From Candidatus Multivorans sp. (GTDB taxonomy: Bacteria; Acidobacteriota; Thermoanaerobaculia; Multivoradales; Multivoraceae), in NCBI GenBank assembly GCA_965224025.1, contig OZ245033.1, forward strand, positions 736,001-800,000: DNA of 64,000 nucleotides, written 5' to 3'. Numbering within the stretch: the first letter of the stretch is position 1; each line of letters begins with the position of its first letter. The notes under the pieces are model-generated. The model ran no database searches. It saw only the letters and a program-made list of their open reading frames with translations, and was not told where the DNA came from. The position numbers and the translations under genes are program-made. Of the stretch, positions 40,052 to 48,372 are shown in pieces.

Positions 40052-41038
40052 GTGAGCGAAAACCGAAACAACAAGGTGATCTGTCTCGTGCCGCCGGGTC
40101 CGCGTGATCAGATCGCCCGGTTTCCGGAGCACTGGGCGCCATGCTTCGTCCATCGCAACGCCGACCTGACCGACGAACTGACGGAAGGCGCCCGCGCTCT
40201 GCTGACCACCCACCCGTACCTGGTGGGGCGAACCGAGTTGGAGCTGTTGAACGGCGTGGAGCTGGTGCAGCAGGTCGGGGTCGGCGTCGACAACATCGAC
40301 GTGGAAGCGGCCCGCGAACTCGGGGTCCCGGTCTGCAACGTGCCCCAGGCCAACGCCGTGTCGGTGGCCGAATACGTGGTCATGGCGTGCATCTTCCTGC
40401 TGCGCCGGATGGAGGAGGCGACGGCGGCCCTGCGGCGGCTCGAAAACCCGTATCCAGCCCTGTTCGTCAAGGGGAGCCATGAGGTGCGCGGCAAGACACT
40501 GGGGCTCGTGGGCTACGGGGCGATCGCGTACGAAGTCGCGAAGCGGGCCCGGGCGCTGGGGATGGAGCTTCTTTCCGCCTCCACGCCGGAACGCCAGCGC
40601 GGGCGCGGGTTGGCGCCGAGCCCGGGCGAGCGGCAGCTCGGCGTCGAGCGGGTAGCCTTCGAGCGACTGCTGCGCGAGGCCGACGTGGTCAGCATCCACG
40701 TGCCGCTCAACGATTCGACGCGGGACCTGATCGGTGGCCGGGAACTCGGGCTGATGAAGGCGTCGGCGTTCCTCGTCAACACGTCGCGCGGCGGGATCGT
40801 CAGCGAGGAGGATCTCGCCGACGCGCTGGCCACGGGCCGGATCGCGGGCGCCGCCATCGACGTGTTCAGCGTCGAGCCGATTCGGGCCGACAACCCGCTG
40901 CTAGGCGCTCCCAACGCATTCCTGTCTCCCCACAGCGGAGGCAGCACGAACGAATGCGTGATAGACGCGATCCGGGAGAGCATCGCCAACGTCGACCGCG
41001 TACTGCGCGGAGAGGAGCCGCATCATCGTGTCTGCTGA
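40052..41038 (+). CDS. D-isomer-specific 2-hydroxyacid dehydrogenase
   Basis: GVGVDNID, GLVGYGAIA, ADVVSIHVPL, LVNTSRG, DVF..EP and SPHSGG motifs. Confidence 0.9.
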   Translation: MSENRNNKVICLVPPGPRDQIARFPEHWAPCFVHRNADLTDELTEGARALLTTHPYLVGRTELELLNGVELVQQVGVGVDNIDVEAARELGVPVCNVPQANAVSVAEYVVMACIFLLRRMEEATAALRRLENPYPALFVKGSHEVRGKTLGLVGYGAIAYEVAKRARALGMELLSASTPERQRGRGLAPSPGERQLGVERVAFERLLREADVVSIHVPLNDSTRDLIGGRELGLMKASAFLVNTSRGGIVSEEDLADALATGRIAGAAIDVFSVEPIRADNPLLGAPNAFLSPHSGGSTNECVIDAIRESIANVDRVLRGEEPHHRVC

Positions 41039-41369
41039 CGTCATCCCGGAGGAACGGGCCTTGAGCAACGACGGCGCCTCGGGCCACGTCATCGAGGCGA
41101 AGGAGGTGCCTCGCCCGGACGTCCAGCGCGGCTACATCGAGATCTTCGAGCAGCTCTGCAAGGGCTGCGACCTGTGCATACCGGCCTGCCCGGTGCGCAT
41201 CATCGAGCCGGGGCGGGGCGCCAACATGATGGGCTGGCGGCCGGTGGTCGTGGAGGCGGACGCGATGAAGTACTGCATCGGCTGCAATCTCTGCGCGATG
41301 GTCTGCCCCGACCAGGCGATCGAGGTCTACCGTTTCGAGCAGCCGGTTCCCCACGAGGAGACGCCATGA
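41028..41369 (+). CDS. 2-oxoacid:ferredoxin oxidoreductase delta subunit (2x[4Fe-4S] ferredoxin)
   Basis: CKGCDLCIPACP and CIGCNLCAMVCPD. Confidence 0.9.
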   Translation: MSADVIPEERALSNDGASGHVIEAKEVPRPDVQRGYIEIFEQLCKGCDLCIPACPVRIIEPGRGANMMGWRPVVVEADAMKYCIGCNLCAMVCPDQAIEVYRFEQPVPHEETP

Positions 41370-42628
41370 CCCACGAGCCCTTCGTGCCGCCGATCGGCAA
41401 GCCGACGATGGGCGCTCACGCGATGGGGATCGGCGCCATGGTCGCCGGCCTCGACTACTTCGCCGGCTATCCGATCACCCCGCAGACCGAACTGCTCGAG
41501 TACGTCGCGGAGGCCCTGCCCGAGCACGGCGGCGTGTTCCAGCAGCTCGGCGACGAGATCTCGAGCGTCATGGCGGTGTTTGGCGCCGCCGCCTGCGGCA
41601 AGCGGGCGATGACCGCCTCGGTCGGCCCCGGGCTGACGCTAATGATCGACGGCCTGACCAACGCCGCGGGCGCCGAGACGCCGATGGTGCTGGGGGCGCT
41701 CACCCGGGCCCACGTCGGTGTCTCGGGCGGTCTCTATCCGGCGCAGTCGGACATCCGCATGCTTCGGGGGCTCGGCAACGGCGACTACCAGTTGCCGCTC
41801 TACGCGCCGGCGACGATCACCGAGACGGTGCAACTCACCGCCGAGGCATTCGACGTGGCCGACCTCTACAGCATCCCCGCAGTGGTCTGCATCGACGGCA
41901 AGATGGCGAACATGATCGAGACGCTGCAGCCGTTCGAGGTGCCGGAGCGCGAGCTGCCGGACAAGACCTGGGCGCTCGACCGTTCTCTGCGCGAGAAGCG
42001 CCGGGTGGTCGGCGCGGCCCGTACGCCCGAGCTCGACACGATGGTCTGCTACGAGATCCAGAACAAGCTCGAGCGGATGCGTGTGGAGGAGACGCGCTGG
42101 GACACCTTCCAGTGCGACGACGCCGAGTTCGTCGTGGTCGCCTACGGCATCATGGCGCGGATCGCGAGAGAAGCCGTGCGGCGGGCGCGCGAGGAGGGGA
42201 TCAAGGTCGGCCTGTTCCGGCCGATCACCCTGTTCCCGTTCCCGGAGGAACCGCTCGGCGAACTCGCCTCCACCGCCCGCGAGATGCTGACGGTGGAGAT
42301 CAACTTCGGGCAGGTCCTGACCGATGTGCGTCTGGCGGTCGCCGGTCGATGCCCTGTCCAGTTCTTTGGACAGCCGGCGCTCGCGATCCCGGCCCGGGCG
42401 GTGCTCGAGGCGATCCGGCAGATGGCCGCTGGGCAGCCGGTCGAGCCGCGGAACTTCCACGACATCCATCCCACCGCCTTCCACCTCGCCGAGACCCATC
42501 CGCCGGCGAGAAGACAGATGCTCGACCAACTCGCCGCCAAACGCGGACAGGAGGGGGGCCAGGCCATGCTCGACAACCTGCTCGGCATCCGCAAGAACAC
42601 CGTAATCCCGGAGGTCGGACGTGACTGA
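41366..42628 (+). CDS. 2-oxoacid:ferredoxin oxidoreductase alpha subunit (Vor/Kor-like)
   Basis: FAGYPITPQTE, AMTASVGPG, PAQSD, VAYG..AR and KVGLFRPITLFPFP motifs. Confidence 0.9.
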   Translation: MTHEPFVPPIGKPTMGAHAMGIGAMVAGLDYFAGYPITPQTELLEYVAEALPEHGGVFQQLGDEISSVMAVFGAAACGKRAMTASVGPGLTLMIDGLTNAAGAETPMVLGALTRAHVGVSGGLYPAQSDIRMLRGLGNGDYQLPLYAPATITETVQLTAEAFDVADLYSIPAVVCIDGKMANMIETLQPFEVPERELPDKTWALDRSLREKRRVVGAARTPELDTMVCYEIQNKLERMRVEETRWDTFQCDDAEFVVVAYGIMARIAREAVRRAREEGIKVGLFRPITLFPFPEEPLGELASTAREMLTVEINFGQVLTDVRLAVAGRCPVQFFGQPALAIPARAVLEAIRQMAAGQPVEPRNFHDIHPTAFHLAETHPPARRQMLDQLAAKRGQEGGQAMLDNLLGIRKNTVIPEVGRD

Positions 42629-43457
42629 ACCAGCCGCCCGTACGCCCGCGCTCTACACGCCTCCCGAGGGCGTCGCCGCGCGCAAGATCTCACCTCAACT
42701 CGACGTCCACACCGGGCTGCCGTCATCCTGGTGTCCGGGCTGCGGGCACGGGTCGGTCAGCCAGATCCTGTGCGACCTGGTGACCGAACTCGATCTGGCC
42801 GAGAAGACCATTCTGGCGCTTGGCGTCGGCTGTGGTTCGACGATTGCCGCCCAGATGGAGGTGAACACGGTGCTGTCTCCGCATGGGCGCGCCAGCGACA
42901 CCGCCACCGGCGTCTCGCGCATGGCCCCCGACCGCGTCGTCGTCCAGTACTCGGGCGACGGCGACTCCTGCGGCATCGGGCTAGGGGGCCTGATGCACGC
43001 CTGCAACCGGCGCGAGAACTTCATCGTCGTGATCTACAACAACAACGCCTACGGCATGACCGGCGGCCAGATGGGTCCGACGACCACCAAGGAGGTGCCG
43101 ACGACCACCTTCCAGGGCGGCCGCGACGAGGAGGTCATGGGCTACCCCATGGACATCATCAAGACGCTGGCGCACTTCCCCGGCGTGGTCTATGCGGGGC
43201 GTTGCGCTCTGACCTCGGGTGTCCGCTACGGGGAGGCGAGCCGGATGATCCGGCGGGCCTTCGAAATTCACCTCGCCGGCATCAAGGGAATGAAGGTCAT
43301 CGACTGCCTCGGGAACTGCAACGTGAACTGGAAGGGCGGCGGCGTGACCTTCACGCCGGAGAGCTCGAACCAGTTCATCGAAGACAAGATCATGAAGTAC
43401 TTCGAGATGGGCGAGGCGACGGTGCCCGAGGGCTACCCGCCGATTCGCGTGCGATGA
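42621..43457 (+). CDS. 2-oxoacid:ferredoxin oxidoreductase beta subunit (TPP-binding)
   Basis: WCPGCGHG, GVGC, HGRA, GDGD..GIG and NNNAYGMTGGQ motifs. Confidence 0.92.
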   Translation: MTEPAARTPALYTPPEGVAARKISPQLDVHTGLPSSWCPGCGHGSVSQILCDLVTELDLAEKTILALGVGCGSTIAAQMEVNTVLSPHGRASDTATGVSRMAPDRVVVQYSGDGDSCGIGLGGLMHACNRRENFIVVIYNNNAYGMTGGQMGPTTTKEVPTTTFQGGRDEEVMGYPMDIIKTLAHFPGVVYAGRCALTSGVRYGEASRMIRRAFEIHLAGIKGMKVIDCLGNCNVNWKGGGVTFTPESSNQFIEDKIMKYFEMGEATVPEGYPPIRVR

Positions 43458-44041
43458 CGGGGGGCGGTCACTCGAACGGCGGCGTGGTCGAGCGCGTCGG
43501 CGGCGCCGGCACCGGCGGCGCGGGGCTGCTGACCTGCCTCAAGACGCTCGGCTACGCGGCGGCGGCCAAGGGCTGGCACATGGCCTACACGTCCGACTAC
43601 AACCCCGAGACCCGCGGCGGCCTGGTGGAGGGCACGGTCGTCGTGTCGAGTGACGAGCCGATCGACAACCCGGTGATCGAGTCCTACACCGTGGTGCTGG
43701 CGTTCGACCACGCGGGCTACCTGTCGTACGGCCCGGGCGTCGAGCCCGGCGGGATGATCCTGTGGGACAGCTCGCGGGTCAGAAACCCGCCAGCTCTCGA
43801 AGGCGTCCGCTCCTACGGCGTGCCCGTGTTCCAGTTGGCCCGCGACGGCGGGGCGCCGGGCCTCGCGAACATGGGCATGCTCGGGCTCTACAACCGGATC
43901 GCCGGACACTTCACGATCGACGAACTGCTCGCCGGCATGGAGGACTACCTGCCGGTGTGGCGTCACAAGCTGCTGCCGGGCAATAGAGCGGTGCTGGAGG
44001 CGGTGTCGCAGATCGATCCGGAGCAGTACCGGGTTGTGTGA
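43454..44041 (+). CDS. 2-oxoacid:ferredoxin oxidoreductase gamma subunit
   Basis: AGTGGAG, Y.PETRGG, S..PI.NP and ANMGMLG motifs; ATGA overlap. Confidence 0.87.
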   Translation: MTGGGHSNGGVVERVGGAGTGGAGLLTCLKTLGYAAAAKGWHMAYTSDYNPETRGGLVEGTVVVSSDEPIDNPVIESYTVVLAFDHAGYLSYGPGVEPGGMILWDSSRVRNPPALEGVRSYGVPVFQLARDGGAPGLANMGMLGLYNRIAGHFTIDELLAGMEDYLPVWRHKLLPGNRAVLEAVSQIDPEQYRVV

Positions 44042-44051
44042 GGAGGTTTCA

Positions 44052-45539
44052 GTGATCAGACGCGTTTTCTTCGTGGCGGCGGTGCTGGGCGCCGCGCTCG
44101 GCTGTACCGAGGACCCGGCCGGCGACACCGCTGGCGGCAACGAGCAGAGGCCGCCCAACGTCGTCTTCATCCTCGCCGACGATCTCGGCTACGGCGACCT
44201 CGGCCTCTACGGGAGCACGATCATCGAGACTCCCCACATCGACGCCCTCGGTGCCGCCGGCGTGCGCTTTGCGGCCGGCTACGTCGCCGCCGCGGTCTGC
44301 AGCCCGTCCCGGGCCGGCCTGATGACCGGTCGCTATCCGCAGCGCCACGGCTACGAGTTCAACGCTTCGGGCCAGGACTACGGCCTGAACCTGGACGAGA
44401 CGACCCTGGCCGAGGTCATGCGCTCCGCCGGTTATGCGACCGGCGCCGTCGGCAAGTGGCAGCTCGGCTGGGGCGACGGCAAGCACCCCCTCGACCGCGG
44501 CTTCGACGAGTTCTTCGGCATGCAGAGCGGCTCGATCTACATCGAACCGTCTACCGAAGGAGTCGAGAACTGGAGTCCGCTGCCGCTGCCCGAGGTGCGC
44601 GGTCGTCCGATCTTTCGCGGCCGGGAAGTCGTTGAAGAGACCGAGTATCTGACCGAGGTCTTGACCCGCGAGGCACTCGACTTCATCGACCGGCACCACG
44701 ACCGGCCCTTCTTCCTCTACCTCGCCCACTACGCACCGCATACCCCGCTGCAGGCGACCGCGAAGTACCTCGACCGCTACCGGCACATCGAGGATCCGAG
44801 GGTCCGCATCTTCGCCGCCATGGTCTCGGCGGTCGACGACAGCGTCGGCGAGGTCAGGGCCCGGCTGCGGGAGCACGGCGTCGAGGACGACACCCTGATC
44901 GTCTTCCTCTCCGACAACGGTTGCGCCTTCTACCTCCAGGGCGGATGCACCAACGGTCCGCTCAGCGGCGGCAAGCGCTGGTTCTTCGAAGGCGGCATCC
45001 GGGTGCCCTTCCTGCTGAACTGGCCGGGAAAGGTGGAACCGAGCCAAGTCTACCGGCCGGCGGTGTCGTCGCTCGATCTGCTGCCCACGCTGGCGGCGGC
45101 GGCCGGCGCTTCGCTGCCCGAGAAGCCGCTCGACGGCGTCGATCTCCTTCCTTACCTTCGCGGCGAGGTCGACGGCGTTCCCCACGAGTTCCTGTTCTGG
45201 CGGGCCGGTCCGAACCGCGCCGTCCGCCGCGGCGACTGGAAGCTCTGGCAGGTCAACCGCGCCTCGGAGGAACAGGTCGCTTCGCTCCCGCTGCTTGGCG
45301 CTCTGTTCCCGGACTGGGAAGCGCCCCACGGGTCGCCGCTCGGCCAGTTGAACCGGCTGCACGACCTGGAGAACGATCTCGGCGAGCGGATCCCCGTCGC
45401 CGACAATGAGCAGGCGGTGCTCGAAGAGCTCAGGCGCGCCCTCGATGCCTGGGAGAGCGAACTCGTCGAGCCGCGGTGGTGGAGCAACCGGGGCACCGCC
45501 GGCATGGTCGACGACGAAGCGATCGAACTCATCTTCTGA
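44052..45539 (+). CDS. Secreted formylglycine-dependent sulfatase (lipoprotein)
   Basis: ALGC lipobox; PNVVFILADDLGYGD, CSPSRAGLMTGRY, GKWQLG, SDNG and EGGIRVP motifs. Confidence 0.94.
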   Translation: MIRRVFFVAAVLGAALGCTEDPAGDTAGGNEQRPPNVVFILADDLGYGDLGLYGSTIIETPHIDALGAAGVRFAAGYVAAAVCSPSRAGLMTGRYPQRHGYEFNASGQDYGLNLDETTLAEVMRSAGYATGAVGKWQLGWGDGKHPLDRGFDEFFGMQSGSIYIEPSTEGVENWSPLPLPEVRGRPIFRGREVVEETEYLTEVLTREALDFIDRHHDRPFFLYLAHYAPHTPLQATAKYLDRYRHIEDPRVRIFAAMVSAVDDSVGEVRARLREHGVEDDTLIVFLSDNGCAFYLQGGCTNGPLSGGKRWFFEGGIRVPFLLNWPGKVEPSQVYRPAVSSLDLLPTLAAAAGASLPEKPLDGVDLLPYLRGEVDGVPHEFLFWRAGPNRAVRRGDWKLWQVNRASEEQVASLPLLGALFPDWEAPHGSPLGQLNRLHDLENDLGERIPVADNEQAVLEELRRALDAWESELVEPRWWSNRGTAGMVDDEAIELIF

Positions 45540-45766
45540 CTGGGTGCGCCGGCGTCCCCGCCGGCTGCCGCCGGAGGCGGCCAGGAAACGCGCGAGGCGT
45601 CAGCCTCGCTCCATGAGCCGCCGGAACATCAGTCGACCGGCGTTTGTTTACCTGCATGCGATCGCCGCCCCGCCGGCCCCTTGGCGTCGCCCCCGACCGG
45701 TTCTGAGGCTTGAGCCTCGCCCGATGTCCTTGCCGGGGCTCGCGGTGTTTCCTGCCCATGCCGACA

Positions 45767-45794
45767 GCACTCGGTAAGCCCTGTTGTCAAGCAT
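45767..45794. other. Candidate tyrosine-recombinase site A (11-6-11)
   Basis: GCACTCGGTAA-GCCCTG-TTGTCAAGCAT; spacer is the reverse complement of the site B spacer. Confidence 0.35.
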
Positions 45795-45848
45795 GGTCCG
45801 GCCTGGTTCGAGCCCGTCTTGAGGTAAACCGACCGACACCACGAGGTC

Positions 45849-46856
45849 TCACAGAAACGCCGCACCGGCGTGATCCCGGAACGCGTCCGCCTGCCGGATG
45901 TATCGGAGCACCATCTCCGCGTTCGTGTGCCTCGTGACCTCCATGATCTTGTCCAGCCGTGCCGAGTGGACGGCCGCGCTGGTCACGAAACCGGCTCGCA
46001 GGGAGTGGCCCGAGTAGTCGGCGGGATCCAGGCCGATTTCCCGCACGTAGCGCTTCACAAGTCGCGGGATGTCGGTCGGATGCAGGGCCCTGCCGCGCGG
46101 CCTTCCGCCGCGCCACATCGTCTGGAAAGCAGGTCCCTTGGTGATTCCGGACACGGCCAGCCAGCGCCGGAGCCGCTCGACCGGCCGGATGAACGCTCCC
46201 TCAGGGATCGCGACGCTCTGACCCTTTCCGAGCTGGTCCGTCTTCGAGCGACGGATGTGCAGGAGCATTCCCGCCGCTTCACCGGCGCCGTTCACGAACT
46301 CGACATCCTCCATCCGCAGTTGACAGATCTCCGATCGCCGTAGCGCTCCCGCGAAGCCCACCGCAATGATCGCCGCGTCACGTAAGGCGATCGTCCGGTT
46401 CTTTCTCTGAGCCGCCAGCTCGTCGCAGACCGAGAGGATCGCTGCGATCTCCTGCTCCCGGAGCGCCCTGACCTGCCTGGGCCGTGCATCCGTCAACCGC
46501 CCGAGCCCCCGCAGAACGCTCCTCACCGTCACGTTCCTCGCGGGCGATTCGAGGTTCCGGTCTCCGTAGTACCGATTGATCGCGGCCAGGCAGATCCTGA
46601 TCGTGCCCAACGCAAGCGGACGCTCGGCCCTTTTGCCGCCATTGGACGATCCCGGCGTCGCCGCCATCGCAACCAGGAACTCCGCAACGGTGGCAGGCGT
46701 CGCGCCCATCGGGTCGACTCGGCGCTGCTCGCAGAAAGCGGCAAACCGCCGCCAGCCGCTTCGATACGCCCTCCGTGTGTTCTCGGCGAGTGATGTCTCC
46801 AGAGCTTGCCCGACTGAGACTGCTGCAAGGGAATCGAGGTCCTTGTGAAGAGGCAT
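45849..46856 (-). CDS. Cre-like tyrosine recombinase
   Basis: NTRRAY...W..F, RDAAII.VGF.GALRRSE, IRRSKTDQ.G.G, YSGHSLRAGFVT and TRH......RY catalytic residues. Confidence 0.93.
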   Translation of the reverse strand: MPLHKDLDSLAAVSVGQALETSLAENTRRAYRSGWRRFAAFCEQRRVDPMGATPATVAEFLVAMAATPGSSNGGKRAERPLALGTIRICLAAINRYYGDRNLESPARNVTVRSVLRGLGRLTDARPRQVRALREQEIAAILSVCDELAAQRKNRTIALRDAAIIAVGFAGALRRSEICQLRMEDVEFVNGAGEAAGMLLHIRRSKTDQLGKGQSVAIPEGAFIRPVERLRRWLAVSGITKGPAFQTMWRGGRPRGRALHPTDIPRLVKRYVREIGLDPADYSGHSLRAGFVTSAAVHSARLDKIMEVTRHTNAEMVLRYIRQADAFRDHAGAAFL

Positions 46857-46948
46857 CAGCAGTCGTCGTCTCCTTCCAGGGGCATCGGTTGGGTGTGTGT
46901 CCCTCTGCTCTTGGGGACCAGAGGCCCCTCGATCCGAGGGCCCGGACG

Positions 46949-46976
46949 ATCCTCCGTAACAGGGCTAGGGGAGGAT
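46949..46976. other. Candidate tyrosine-recombinase site B (11-6-11)
   Basis: ATCCTCCGTAA-CAGGGC-TAGGGGAGGAT with 7-bp perfect outer arms, 92 bp upstream of the recombinase start. Confidence 0.45.
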
Positions 46977-47142
46977 TATGGTGGGTCCTATGCTCAACGA
47001 CACTGCGTCGTCGCTCTCGTACTGCGCTCTCGAACAACCGGTGCCGCTCATGCCCCGAGTCAGATTCACTTGACTGCATTGCGGCCCATCTCGGCGGTGC
47101 CGTGGACGCAGTCCGGCGCGAGGAGCACCGGCTTCTGCCACC

Positions 47143-47376
47143 ATGCCGAGCCTCGGCGTAGCGGCGAAGGGCTGGGAGAAGAGCAAGGAGATCTGCGTCC
47201 TTGGGCTGGCCGCGGACCTCAACCCTGAGGCGAGGAGCGGAGGGGACGAGTGCGTCGGGGCGCTGAACGAGATGCTGGCGGCGATCATGCCGGATCGCCC
47301 GGGTCTCGGCGCGTTGGAGTGGATCGTGGCGTCGGACTCAACCGACGCCAGAGACAGGGAGGACCGTTCAGAATGA
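47143..47376 (+). pseudogene. Short or truncated paralogue of the downstream hypothetical protein
   Basis: MPSLGVAAKGWEKSKEICVLGLAAD resembles LPRVAITHRGLETKKEIFVVGIAAD; ATGA overlap with the next gene. Confidence 0.45.
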
Positions 47377-47873
47377 CAAGAGTCAAAGTCTGTCTACCGC
47401 GGGTAGCCATCACACACCGGGGCCTAGAAACGAAGAAGGAGATCTTCGTCGTCGGAATCGCTGCGGATGGAAGACACACTGACGTGAAGACGGTGTCACA
47501 GACCTACAAGGGAATTAGGCGCCATGACTCCCTGCCGCTCCATGGCGACGGGATCGTTCTTTACCCGATGCGAGCTGCGAATGGCGACATCGCCCTATCC
47601 TTTAGTGTTGTCGAGTCCGATAAGAAGCAACGCGAAGTGCTGACCGGGTTGGCAGACGCCGTGGACTCGTTCGACCCGACTTCGGGAAAGGTCGCGAAGC
47701 TGTTGGCGAAGCTACTCGGGAATCTGGGGGTCTTCGACGACGATGAGCTGTATACGTGGGAAGAGACTCTCTCACAAGAAGACAATTACCAAGTCGGTCC
47801 GGATGACCGCCTTGACACCGAAGTCGGCAACAAGAAAGTGAACTGCACATTGAGGATCTACGTGGAGCCCTGA
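47373..47873 (+). CDS. Hypothetical protein
   Basis: GGAGG RBS; lower GC; coherent 166-aa ORF with no recognised family. Confidence 0.6.
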   Translation: MTRVKVCLPRVAITHRGLETKKEIFVVGIAADGRHTDVKTVSQTYKGIRRHDSLPLHGDGIVLYPMRAANGDIALSFSVVESDKKQREVLTGLADAVDSFDPTSGKVAKLLAKLLGNLGVFDDDELYTWEETLSQEDNYQVGPDDRLDTEVGNKKVNCTLRIYVEP

Positions 47874-48372
47874 TGTTCGTGTCGGAGTAGCCGTCGTCGA
47901 CCCCAGCGTCGCTGGGTGAGGCTCCGGCACGAGGCGTGACGGCTTGCCCGAGGCCGATCGAAGACTGTATTGGGGGAGGAGCACGGCCATGGCGAAGAGG
48001 ACTGAGCATGGATACTTGACGGACGATCAGGGTCATCCGTCGTCAATGCGGATGATGAGCATGCTCTCGCGACCGAGGAAGAAGGAACCAAGGCAAAGGC
48101 CAAAGGGCAAGCCACGAAAGAGACTGGCTAGCCCGGTCAGTGAGGAAAGAGGATTCTGGCAACGCTTGGCACGTGAGGGTCGAGTTGTCCGACCGGCAAG
48201 ACGACAAAGGAGCTCTTGGATGGCGACCACGGCGGCCGCAGTGCCGCGTCTTCGAGTGACGGAGAAGGGAGTTCAGGCGGCGACTCGAGTCTCGGAGTGC
48301 GGGGAATTCCCTGTTCGGAGCTGCGACGCACACTGGCCGTGCTCAGGCAGGCCGGCATCGCGGCGTCGGCTC

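Noticed and set aside
47944-48372. 143-aa N-terminal extension of the adhesin
   Set aside because: The signal-peptide-like segment starts near 48373; upstream codons look like a remnant plus non-coding read-through
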